This document shows positions 12,086 through 22,225 of a DNA stretch of 64,000 nt, one piece after another. Numbering within the stretch: the stretch's first letter is position 1; each line of letters starts with the position of its first letter. Position numbers and translations under genes: made by a program. This DNA comes from Cyanidioschyzon merolae (Eukaryota), in NCBI GenBank assembly GCA_000091205.1, contig AP006489.2. The stretch is one strand, 5' to 3'. The notes beneath the pieces were generated by a model, which was given only the letters and a program-made list of their open reading frames with translations, did no database searches and was not told the DNA's origin.

Positions 12086-13312
12086 TTAACAGAAATGCGA
12101 AGGTGGCGGCGTCTCTGGCACGGCACCGCGGCTGAAATGTTCTGCTGCGAACGCTTGAGCAGATTGATCGGAAAGTTGTTGTTGTTGTTGTTGTTGCTGC
12201 TGCTGCGGCACGGTGCCTCCCGAACTACTCTGCCACTCAACATTGCCATTGGACGGATAAGCTCCCATTTCCATGCTCGATATGGACTCGTTCGTTCGGT
12301 GCGTGGGTTCCCCAAAACCTGCTCCAGCTGATACCGCCATCGACCAGGGTGCCTCGACAGGCTGGCCATATGGTGAAACGATTGACTGGTAAGCCTGCGC
12401 CATATCTAGAGAATTTTGTGGTGCGTTCAGCGGCACGGCTCCCGCTCCTTGGAACGATGTCCCCGTGTACATGCCAGAAACATTTTCAGGATGCGCAAAA
12501 CTGGACGCAGTCGCCATCGCAGGCGGCTTACCGGATCCAGAAGGCATCATCATGGATTCCGTCCCAAAACGCGTCATCGTGCTGGGCGCTTTCTCTCCAG
12601 TTGCCGAGAAGGCCCCATTCACAGCTGACGACATTGACGGCATTGGTTGCGGTGCTGTTGCAAAAGCCGCAGGCGGTGCCGTTGACATGCCCTGCATCGT
12701 TCGGGATGCCTGTCGATGCGCTTGCCGTTGCAGCATCTGCTGCGCAGTCTCGAGCGCTTGGTGGACGCGGCTTGCCTCCTGTGCCTCGATCTGTGCCAGA
12801 GAAGCGCCCTGAAAGTGCACAGCTGCATAGGCATCGGCTCGCAACTCCTCAAATGAAACATCAACGCCCTTCACCGAACTCTTCGCATACGTATTGCCGT
12901 AGCAGGAGAGGGGCCAGACCCCTGATTCGTGACCTTCGCGCCACCAGTCCCAAAGCGTCTTTCTCTGGTTGTTACCACGCCCAGCTCCCTGGTTCGTTTC
13001 GCTGCCAGCTCCACGATCCGGTGCCCTTGCTGAATCGTTAACCCCGTAGGGCGCACCACCTGACATATTGAACGCGTTTGGTGTCACCGCCGGCCAGGTG
13101 CCGCCCCCGGCTGCTGGTGTGCCCGCCGTAGGCAAGCCTGAGGCCGGGAACCCTGCCTGTCCGCTTGCCGCAGGCATGCCAGGCCCGACCTGCTGGCGAC
13201 TGGCTCTCCCACCAAGCCCCGGTGGATGTTCATATCGACAACGGTCCCCGAACTTGCAGTTCCCCTGCAAATAGTAACGACAAACAACCATAGGCAAAAG
13301 CACCTCAGCCAC
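12086..13312 (-). CDS. CCCH zinc-finger nucleoporin-like protein (Nup42/NUPL2-like). It has an N-terminal C-x8-C-x5-C-x3-H finger, a low-complexity G/S/A/M-rich body and a C-terminal polyQ.
   Basis: The N-terminus MAEVLLPMVVCRYYLQGNCKFGDRCRYEHPPG resembles the NUPL2 start [24 protein letters not shown]. The internal stretch W..PLSCYG...VSFEELRADAY resembles NUPL2 W.FSVY...ISPEELRLEY. The polyQ is encoded by (CAA)6(CAG)n at 12175-12207. Confidence 0.55.
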   Translation of the reverse strand: MAEVLLPMVVCRYYLQGNCKFGDRCRYEHPPGLGGRASRQQVGPGMPAASGQAGFPASGLPTAGTPAAGGGTWPAVTPNAFNMSGGAPYGVNDSARAPDRGAGSETNQGAGRGNNQRKTLWDWWREGHESGVWPLSCYGNTYAKSSVKGVDVSFEELRADAYAAVHFQGASLAQIEAQEASRVHQALETAQQMLQRQAHRQASRTMQGMSTAPPAAFATAPQPMPSMSSAVNGAFSATGEKAPSTMTRFGTESMMMPSGSGKPPAMATASSFAHPENVSGMYTGTSFQGAGAVPLNAPQNSLDMAQAYQSIVSPYGQPVEAPWSMAVSAGAGFGEPTHRTNESISSMEMGAYPSNGNVEWQSSSGGTVPQQQQQQQQQQLSDQSAQAFAAEHFSRGAVPETPPPSHFC

Positions 13313-13956
13313 CTGAAGCCGTCGAGGCCCGCTCTCCTTACAAACGCCCTATTCAAAATTATCAACCGTAACTTCAGGTTTTCCAGAAGAGCGCAAACCG
13401 CGGCTACGGTGCTTGCACTTGGTCCACAGCAACACCAGTGCTGGGTTCACAGTGAACGCGTCGCTCGACAAGGGTGTCTTCCGAGACCCGGTCGACTACG
13501 CGATGCGAAACTTGCCGTCTCCTCGACACAGAACACGAACCGTACACACCCCAGTCTATAGTTGAAAAGCTATCTCTGGTGCCTGTGCACCCTAGAGCAC
13601 GAAAAAGTCAGTGCTAACCTCCGCAGCCGTCGCTGGTCTGGGTAGTGCGACAGCCGCGACTGCTGTGGCCGCTGCCAGCTTGATGTGCCATACCAGCTGT
13701 GCAGCGTGAGACGCACGCTCTTCGAACGGAACGACCAGTTACCTGTTGTGGTGCTTGTCTGACTGTTTGACTGGCGCTTGGTGAACACGGAGCAGGTGAC
13801 ACGTGCATCATACCCGAAAAGCAGTGACCCCGTGGTGTCCAGACCGTGTGACGGACGCTTGCTTACCGTGCGAGCGCTGCAAAGCGGCTGCTGTGGATCG
13901 CTCACGAAAGCGCTTGCGAGGAGCCACGAGCGTCGGATACGCTATTCGCCCGTCCA

Positions 13957-15660
13957 ATGACATTTATAGTGCCCTCGCGAGGAGTTCGTGCCCCACAAAA
14001 GCACGCAGTGTTGCAAGCGAGGCGTCCGCGGGGACCCGGTCCCTTGACGAGGTGCTGGCGCTTGGCACCCCTGCGGGCGAGCCTCGAAAGGCCGCGCTCT
14101 GTGACCCCTGCCGACGACGACAACCAGGTGCTCGGCTCGACCAAAGTACCGACTCGGAAACGGGAACCCACAAGTGCATACAGTTACATCGACAGGGCAC
14201 GCATCCGCGTCAAGGGAGGCGACGGCGGTGACGGGTGTGTAGCTTGGCGTCGAGAGCGTGGCAACGCACGCGGTGGACCCGCTGGTGGCAACGGTGGACG
14301 AGGCGGTGACGTCTACCTCGTGGCAGACGCCGGACTAAATACTCTAGTCAAGTTCGGAAGTGTGGTTCACTTCACGGCTGAGAACGGAGAAAAGGGTCAG
14401 CCGAAAAACTGCACTGGCGCCGATGGCAAGGCGCTGGAGCTGCGAGTCCCGCTCGGTACAGTTGTCTACGACGCAGAAACGGGAGCGCTCTTGGGCGATC
14501 TTGACCAGGTTGGTGCGCGGTTGCTGGTCGCACGGGGTGGTCGCGGTGGTCGCGGCAACGCAGCCTTCAAAACGGATCGAAACCGAGCGCCCGTTATCCG
14601 CGAAAAGGGTGAACCCGGCACCGGCTGCTGGCTTCGTCTGGAACTGCGCGTGCTCGCCGATATCGGCATTATAGGGTGTCCCAATGCTGGCAAATCAACT
14701 TGGCTTGCAGCGGTGAGCAACGCGCGACCAAAGATTGCTGACTATCCCTTTACCACTCTGGTTCCGAATCTGGGCGTCTACGCTGAGAACGTTGTCCTTG
14801 CGGATATACCGGGGCTTTGCGAGGGCGCCCATCTCGGGCGAGGGCTTGGTATAGGATTTCTCCGCCATATTGAGCGCTGCCGCATGATACTGCATTTGGT
14901 TGCAGGAGATGCACCAGATCCTCTCTATGATCTACAGGCTATTCGTTTGGAGTTGGCGTTGTTCAATCCGCGTCTGGTCCAAGACAAATTGCACGTCGTG
15001 CTCTTTACGAAGATGGATTTGCCTTTGGCCCAGCAGCGTTGGAATGATGCTTCTTTCCGCGAGGCGTTCCAGAAGGCAGTGGGGCACCGCCGGATTGCCG
15101 CCGTATCAGCAGTTACGGGCCAGGGTGTAGAGGAAACCATGCAGCGTGTATGCAAGCTCCTGGAGAAAATCCCGCAACCTGACCGCTTAAGCTCGCTGCC
15201 TGATGCATCTCCTGGTGTGCTAGAGCAATCGCGGAGCCCAGCAGCCGCTGATACCTTTCGTGGTGATCATGACGCCATCGGTGCGAGCGTGGATGGCACG
15301 TTCCGTATCCAAAAGGAGCGAATGGCAGATGGCCAGCGGCGCTGGCGCATACTGGGTTTGCCCAAGCTCGAAAGACTCGCTGTTATGACGGACTGGGCGT
15401 ACCCAGAGGCCGTGGATCGCTTTCAGCGAGTACTTCGAGCGCTGGGGGTCACGGAGGCGCTCTCGCAGAGCGGCATTCGCGCCGGTGATGTTGTCGTCAT
15501 TGCGAATATTGAATTCGACTATACCCCCGATGATAATGTGTTTTACCAGAATGCCCTAGAGGACGGTGTGGACTTGTTTAAGGACACAAGCGATGTCGAG
15601 ATCGCTGTGGATGAGGATCACGATTATCGTGAATGGAGCGAAAACGTTTCGCAATCATAG
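13957..15660 (+). CDS. OBG: Obg/CgtA-family GTPase of bacterial (organellar) type with a C-terminal OCT domain. The N-terminal roughly 70 aa look like an organellar targeting extension.
   Basis: Obg fold YIDRARIRVKGGDGGDGCVAWRRE..GGPAGGNGGRGGDVYL; G1 GIIGCPNAGKST; YPFTTLVPNLGV; G3 DIPGL; G4 FTKMD; C-terminal FRIQKE...WRILGLPKLERLAVMTDWAYPEAVDRFQRVLRALGVTEAL = Obg C-terminal domain. Confidence 0.9.
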   Translation: MTFIVPSRGVRAPQKHAVLQARRPRGPGPLTRCWRLAPLRASLERPRSVTPADDDNQVLGSTKVPTRKREPTSAYSYIDRARIRVKGGDGGDGCVAWRRERGNARGGPAGGNGGRGGDVYLVADAGLNTLVKFGSVVHFTAENGEKGQPKNCTGADGKALELRVPLGTVVYDAETGALLGDLDQVGARLLVARGGRGGRGNAAFKTDRNRAPVIREKGEPGTGCWLRLELRVLADIGIIGCPNAGKSTWLAAVSNARPKIADYPFTTLVPNLGVYAENVVLADIPGLCEGAHLGRGLGIGFLRHIERCRMILHLVAGDAPDPLYDLQAIRLELALFNPRLVQDKLHVVLFTKMDLPLAQQRWNDASFREAFQKAVGHRRIAAVSAVTGQGVEETMQRVCKLLEKIPQPDRLSSLPDASPGVLEQSRSPAAADTFRGDHDAIGASVDGTFRIQKERMADGQRRWRILGLPKLERLAVMTDWAYPEAVDRFQRVLRALGVTEALSQSGIRAGDVVVIANIEFDYTPDDNVFYQNALEDGVDLFKDTSDVEIAVDEDHDYREWSENVSQS

Positions 15661-17734
15661 AGGGTGAATGCGTACCCATTCGGAGACGCCTTCCAGCCGT
15701 GTTCGACCGGCCGCCTGCTATCGGTTTCCGTTTTTCCAGGCACACCTCGAGCTTGAGAGGCTACCTCACAAAGTTAGATCACTTGAGCTCCTCGGGTATC
15801 GTCTTCGGCACCACACATTGTCTGATATTCGTAGCAGCGTAAAGTCTCGTTTCACGAACTCTATGGGTTTCTCGTTGCTGGTGGAACTCATCCGCGAAAG
15901 GATAGCTAAAATGCGTGCCGCTACAGCCTAGTTATCGTGTCGTCGGGCAAACACCTTGTCTCACTTGTCTCCCCTTTTACTTTTGCTGCCTCATCACTTG
16001 CTCTTCTTCGCTTGATGGTTAGTGAGATGCGGATTTATTTCGCTTGTTTCCGACGACCGGGGATGACTGTCCTCCGGGATCCTTGAATCTCACGCCCATA
16101 CCCTTTGCTTGGATTTTTTATTTCTTAGAAATGAACGCATTTCTGTATGCCCCTGTGTGAGGGCGTTCCCAGATGCACGATAGCTCGCACAAGAAAGACG
16201 ACATGTGCCCTGGGTTGTTAGCGTGCAGAACGCTCAAGCGATTCGCCCAGTGGAGCGATTATTAATTTCACAATAGAAAACATTTCTTATACGTGGTTGA
16301 AACATGCAGCGTACGGAGGATAGAGAAGCAGCTCTACTCCTGGGACAGATTCGACACAAGCTCGAACGCTAGGGGAATGGTGAAATACCACGCTCTCCAA
16401 CAGAAGGACGTTGCCAGATGTCAGGGAAAAGTCTTGTGTAATTCGAGCAAGTGGCTGATGCAGTTGTTCAGGCCTTCTCTACGAGCGAAACTGAGCCGCC
16501 AAATGAATCCACCGCAGCTAGAACAGATGGTGTCGTCGTCGTCCAGTTGGATCGCACATAAAACGGGCTCCATCTCCGAGAAAAAACATTCACGCTCCGA
16601 CCATTTCGTCCGAAGGAACTATGATCGAATGAAAAAACAAACCGACATCCCTGTGCTTCATAGCGATCGCGAAGTTCCAGGTACGCTGTTGATGCGTTTT
16701 TGGTAAACAATGGCCGTACATGAACTAAGACTTTTTTTCGACTGTATCCCAGTGTTTTTCGGGACCAAACGAACTAGATGTTGCGAAACAGAGACGCCCA
16801 TGATGGCTGCTGCGATCGTTGCTTTTGCTTTCCGTAAGGTAGTCAGCAGGTCGTTTTCCTACCCTTGACCGCAAGAAGTCTTGAATAATATCGGTATTCG
16901 GCGCAAAGCGCATCTGCTTGTTTCTTGCAGGGTTCGCCAACCACCTGAGTACTGTGGTATGACTGACACTGAGGATTCATGCGGCGCTCCTTATACAGTT
17001 CAGTAAAGAATCTATCCTACAGGGAATTCGTCCAGGAGGTATAGAGCGCATTGCATCCTGCCCTCGATCACCTGCTATCCACCGCAGCACAAGTGAAGCA
17101 AAACTGAGTTGTGAGACCTGAACAAGGTCGATCACCTGCAGCGGATTTCGTTCGTCCGACGCCTCTAAGATCGCATTGGTACGGGGACATGAACTTCGCG
17201 GCCATTGCTCGCCTGCGAACGGTATGATGCGTAGACCAAGTTCGTGTTCCAAGTCATGGTGATGGTCACGGTGATGCGTATCACAGAACGACCAGAAAGG
17301 GCCGGTGCGGCAGCCGCCGCCGCCGCCGACGACGACATCCGTCGGGAGACCCCTTCATGGCGTCAGTAGGTCTAGGCGGGACGACTCACGAGCGGAGCGA
17401 ATCCTAATAACTGGCTTTGCCTTGTTCGTAAAACGTGCGGGCATGAAATCTCGTATCTGAGGTTTTAATGAGCACGCCCCTGATTCTATGAAGGAAAAGC
17501 GGAACCGAATCGCGAGACTGAGCATCGCGGTCTGCCGCCGAGAGCATGCGACCGAGACAGCTTTCGTCCTGTAGACACTAGGCATCCACGTACACCGGAA
17601 AACAAACACGACTCCATTGGATGCAGTAACCAGTGCCTCGTTCACAGAAGCGTTTCGCGGTGCGCATCCATGCTATGCCGGCGTCGACGCTGAACGCGCA
17701 GCCTCCGTGCGCACTCCAACGTCGATAGCCATTT

Positions 17735-17870
17735 GCGTCGGGACACGTGTCTGCGTCCCGCGAACAGCACGCATGGACGTCTGTAGTGCGCTGCAGCGCA
17801 CTAGGCGAGGACACGTGTCCGCATACCGCGAGCAGCACGCATGGACACACAGAGTGCCGACTCCCGCCGA
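17735..17870. repeat. Imperfect tandem duplication of a roughly 68-bp unit, each copy carrying GGACACGTGTC (a CACGTG palindrome). A perfect 20-bp palindrome tagtgcgctgcagcgcacta lies at 17784-17803.
   Basis: Copy 1 is ..gtcgggacacgtgtctgcgtcccgcgaacagcacgcatggacg.. and copy 2 is ..gcgaggacacgtgtccgcataccgcgagcagcacgcatggacac... The palindrome was confirmed by reverse-complementing it by eye. Confidence 0.75.
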
Positions 17871-18062
17871 GTTGCTCTCTACGTTGTACGAGCAACGCCG
17901 CTTCATTGCCTCCCGTGGCATGTTTCGCGCTCCCATAAGACTTGCGGCGTCATGGAAAAGGCACTCGACTCGCGTACGGCACTAGCAGTTGCCGCCAACG
18001 TCGAACTGCGCAATGCGGATGCTGCAGGCGATATGCGTCTCCGAAACAAACCATGTGGCGCT

Positions 18063-20003
18063 TCACCCACCTGCATACAAGCGTTGTATTTGCGCCGCAT
18101 AACGAGCTTCGATGAATGCGCGTCGCAACTTCAGCGTAGGTGTCAGAGTCTGATCTTCCACAGAGAACGCGCGGGGAACAATCCAAGCCTTGCGCACTTG
18201 CGCAGCTCGAGAAACGGCTTGTCTGTTCGCTTTCGCAAGACCCTGCTCCACGTACCGATTCCAGGGTGTACCAAGAACTGCGGCTTCCGCCGATGCATCC
18301 GCTGCCGTCCGAGTCGCGTCATCTACGGCGGCTGCTTCACCGATGAGCGTCTCCCCGTCAGGCGCAGTCTGCAACGACAGGAGACAGCTGAGGAATTTTC
18401 GCCGATCACCGATCACCATGGCGCGCGCTACTGCCGGCATGGCGCTCTCCAGGGCTCGTTCTAGTGGCGCTGGTGCAATATTCTCGCCTCCAGCTGTCAC
18501 TATAAGCTCTTTCAAGCGTCCAGTGATCCAAATGAAACCGTCACGATCGATTGTCGCCAGATCACCGGTACGGAAAAAGCCATCGCTCGTAAAAGCAACA
18601 GCAGTACTCGCCGGGTCATTAAAGTACGCTTTGAACACGTGCGAGCCCTGAACCTGCAGCTCCGATGTCTCGGCATCGACGCGAACGCAGGTTCCCGGTA
18701 GCGGCCGGCCGGAGCTCCCCCTTCGGTACGCCCTCGGGAGGTTGATTGCAATCGGACCGGTGCATTCAGTCATTCCGTAGAGATCGCAGATTCGCATGCC
18801 CAGAGAGCTGAAGTAGTCGAGGGTTTCAGGTCCCAAGGGTGCAGCAGAGGAAATCAGGATGCGAGCTCGATCGAGACCGAGCGCTCGGCGAATAGGCCAA
18901 AGCACGAGGCGGTCGGCCAGCCACGCCGACCAGCTTGGACACCAATCTGCTTGTGGATATTCCCAGCGCTGGATATCGCTGAACATGACGCGCTTCGCCC
19001 AGGTGGAAACGTGTCGGATTGGTGCCGGCTGACTCGCGGCGACCTCTTGGAGCTGTTCGGCGATGCGCTCCCAGACCCGCGGCACACCGACGAAAAAGTC
19101 TGGTCGCACCGCTCGCAGCGTTCGCACGAGAGAACGGGAACCAGGCTGCAGCACGTCGGGATCTGCAAAGTGTAGAGAAAATCCGACAATGGCGGGTCCG
19201 ATAATGTCGAGCATGGTAGCCGCCACGTGCGACAGCGGCAGGTACGAGACGCCACGCCAGGTCTCATCGAACTGAACGAGCCTCCGTGCGCTCTCAATGA
19301 CAAACAGGACGTTACGATGCGAGAGCGCGACGGCCTTGGGCGTCCCGCTGGTTCCCGAGGTAAAGACAATCAGCGCTGCTTGGTCAGCGTTCTGAGCGCG
19401 ATGGCGGTGCATGAGAACGATGTTCCCGTCGTCCAGTGAGCATCCTGCATTCAGAAATGTATGCCACGACATGACACGAGTATCCATGGACGCAAACGTT
19501 TTTGTTTGCGAGACGGTGTCATCGTCGGGACTCGTCGCTGTACTTGGCCATAAGACGAGATGCTTTAGTTTCAGGTCTGGGAATGCTGCTGCTGCTGCAG
19601 CTGCTGCTGCTGCGACGAGGCGCATTCCACAGTCGCCATCCTCCCCAAAAGCGACGACGCACCGACCAAGCTCTAGCAGCTGCCGACAGCTTGCCTCACT
19701 GCTCGTCGGATAGATGCCGTATGGTAACACGCCAGCAAGCAACGCACCCCAATACGCTATAAGGTATTTGGGGCTATTCGAGCCGAATATGGCCACCGTT
19801 GCCCCAGGTTCAACTCCCAGAGCGACCAGGGCACGTGCCACGTCCACGCACGCTTCATAGTATTCAGCATAGGTGTAGTGGCAAGCGTTCGGCCGATACT
19901 GAACGAGCGCAGTTCGGCTTCCGTGCCGCTCAGCGGTGTGTTGAAACGCCTCGGGCAGCGTTGATGACAAGTTATTAGCCGTCGACATGGTCACCGGAAG
20001 CAA
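18063..20003 (-). CDS. Long-chain acyl-CoA synthetase (AMP-binding, fatty-acid-CoA ligase) with an internal poly-Ala insertion.
   Basis: AMP-binding signature FTSGTSGTPKAVALSHRNV. Also ..YGMTECTGPIAI, FRTGDLATIDRDGFIWITGRLKELIVTAGGENIAP, and the C-terminal WIVPRAFSVEDQTLTPTLKLRR typical of ACSL enzymes. Poly-Ala is encoded by (GCT)n at 19584-19613. Confidence 0.85.
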   Translation of the reverse strand: MLPVTMSTANNLSSTLPEAFQHTAERHGSRTALVQYRPNACHYTYAEYYEACVDVARALVALGVEPGATVAIFGSNSPKYLIAYWGALLAGVLPYGIYPTSSEASCRQLLELGRCVVAFGEDGDCGMRLVAAAAAAAAAAFPDLKLKHLVLWPSTATSPDDDTVSQTKTFASMDTRVMSWHTFLNAGCSLDDGNIVLMHRHRAQNADQAALIVFTSGTSGTPKAVALSHRNVLFVIESARRLVQFDETWRGVSYLPLSHVAATMLDIIGPAIVGFSLHFADPDVLQPGSRSLVRTLRAVRPDFFVGVPRVWERIAEQLQEVAASQPAPIRHVSTWAKRVMFSDIQRWEYPQADWCPSWSAWLADRLVLWPIRRALGLDRARILISSAAPLGPETLDYFSSLGMRICDLYGMTECTGPIAINLPRAYRRGSSGRPLPGTCVRVDAETSELQVQGSHVFKAYFNDPASTAVAFTSDGFFRTGDLATIDRDGFIWITGRLKELIVTAGGENIAPAPLERALESAMPAVARAMVIGDRRKFLSCLLSLQTAPDGETLIGEAAAVDDATRTAADASAEAAVLGTPWNRYVEQGLAKANRQAVSRAAQVRKAWIVPRAFSVEDQTLTPTLKLRRAFIEARYAAQIQRLYAGG

Positions 20004-21994
20004 CTTGTTTCAGATATAGACGTCCGTCGTTGTTGTCGTCGATCGACGCGGAGCAACGAGTCACCACCGGTTTCCGCTGCCGGACTCGAAGCACCTACCG
20101 TTGTCCACGTCACGAACGACCATAGAGTCAATAGGCACTATCCAGTTTCCTGTTCGGTGTCGTTTTCGTTCAGGGCACCAGATCGAGACAGTTTCCTGGT
20201 AGAGTACGCGGGGCGTCGAACGGCAATGCTAGTTTTCAGAAGTACAGCGTACGCGTCTCGCGACTGAATACAATCAAGTTTGGGTGATTCGGGGGCTGCT
20301 CTAACGAAAACGCTGCAACCTGATACCAGTAGATTCGACTAATCTTTCGTTCTGGTCCAATGAATCAAACCATCACGCCACTGGATGTATGATGGCTATG
20401 GGGAACTAGGAGCGTGACTCCTGTTCCTCGCTGAGTACGACAAGGTTCCAGAGACTCTGGACGAATCGCTCCTTCGGGAGTAGGAGCCGGAACCAACCAG
20501 CGGACCTTGCGAGTGCGGAGGCTCTCTCTTACACCCGCTACAACGCTGAGTGCTTCGTTACGCTGTTCATGCAGAGACCGGAAAGCTTTGCGGTGCTTTA
20601 TGGACGTCAACTCTACACAAGACCAGACGTGTCGGACACACGCTAGCTAGATTCGGTTTCTCCAACGGCATGCGCTGCGATCTGTTGTTCTTGTAGCGCG
20701 CCTGCCGAGTCCATTGCGAAGACATCATCAACGAGCGCCGCAACGTTTTGGGTACGGTAGCCACTCTAGGCATGCAATGGGTCATGGCACGAGCGCGGGT
20801 GTATCCACAGTGTCGTGCGATGGACTCGAATTCTGCGCTCTAGCAACCACAATAGCAACAGCATTACTCCCTGTACGCGCTAGGAAGCGACTCCAGCGGC
20901 GCTGTGTACCTCGTGTAATCATCGCTGAGCGCTACACGGTATCGAGCGACCACCACAGGCGCACCAACTGGCCGATCTGTTCGTCCGCAGCCGGAAAGCC
21001 CACATACGCCCGCAACGAGGTCATAGATGCGCAAACTCGGTGCAGGAGCGTTGCTGCATGGTGCACGTGCCTACGCTCGGCGTGCGTCTCTTGCGCATGC
21101 GCTGATGCCAGCGCCGGTGAATCCGGATACGCGGCCCGCATCGACATGGAGGCTGGTGCTAGGACCCAGTGCGTAGCGCGCCTTCACGCCATCGAGACTT
21201 GTGGAAACTGGTGTCGTGATTTCGGCATGGTTCTCTTCCGAGCAAGGCACGGATTTGCTGGCGGGTTTAGCGGAATGCATTCGTGCAATGCAAAACAAAC
21301 GTAGCAGATCCACGGTCTATTGCAGCATTTCGATAGCGTTGCGTACGACTTTACCTGTTCCCGCATTCGTGGACTGTCCATGATACGAATGGACCCCGAC
21401 GCATAAACAAAGCGCACCACTATAGTATTGCACGGACCGCATTTTCGCCACTGTCCTGCTATGAAGTCTTTCAAACGGGCATAGACTGCCTCCAGCACGT
21501 TGTTATGATCCGGCACATGCCAACGGCAACGCGTCCGACACGAACACCCGACGCATCCAGCGGTGCATCGTGTAAGCGAATCGGGCGCCACCATCCATTC
21601 CAAGCTCCACCTGGAATCAGGAGCTCGTCCACCAGACGCCAAACAGCTCAGAAACTAGACGTAGAGGCAGCGCAGAGATGCATCTAAATGGGGAATCCTC
21701 GCATCGCACAGAGAGAGGCACACCGGGATCGTTTCCAGCTACCTGCGTGGAGCATGCGATCACGGCAAGCGACCGTCAAACTCGGCACTCTGCTCGCCTT
21801 TGTATGGACAGCTTCCGCGATATACCGATACGTCGCACATCCACTGTAACGCTCGTCGGATTCGCTGCCTGAAAATTCGCCCCAATGCATCATACAGCAT
21901 CGCAGTGGAAACGCTGAGCGACAGCCGCTCAGCGTGCAACGACTGGGTGTGCATGCGCCCACGGCCGAGTGGATCTCCCTGCTTCGCTGCGATC

Positions 21995-22111
21995 GCGCAC
22001 GCACGCATACGCACGCACGCATACGCACGCACGCATACGCACGCACGCATACGCACGCACGCATACGCACGCACGCATACGCACGCACGCATACGCACGC
22101 ACGCATACGCG
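21995..22111. repeat. 14-bp minisatellite (cgcacgcacgcata) x about 8, immediately upstream of DXR.
   Basis: Perfect tandem copies are read directly. They produce the [14 protein letters not shown] peptide repeats in the upstream part of the DXR ORF. Confidence 0.9.
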
Positions 22112-22225
22112 CTGTTGCAGAATACCGTACACTGTTCAGCGCTGCGCTGCTGCACCGAGGCCGGCTACCAGCACACTCTTCTCGTGCATGGTAAGCGTTG
22201 TTTTAATATTGAATTGAACCAATAT

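Noticed and set aside
17841-18464. 207-aa plus-strand ORF, and other ORFs of 60-170 aa, antisense to the ACSL gene. Similar antisense ORFs lie inside NAPE-PLD (57564..58343), DXR (23384..23890) and GCLC (4933..5532).
   Set aside because: These are typical stop-poor antisense frames in about 60% GC coding DNA, with no motifs. The sense-strand genes explain the regions.
21800-22225. Upstream 142 codons of the DXR ORF, with [14 protein letters not shown] peptide repeats.
   Set aside because: They are produced by reading the 14-bp minisatellite in frame, so they are not plausibly coding. The gene start was moved to 22226 or 22412.
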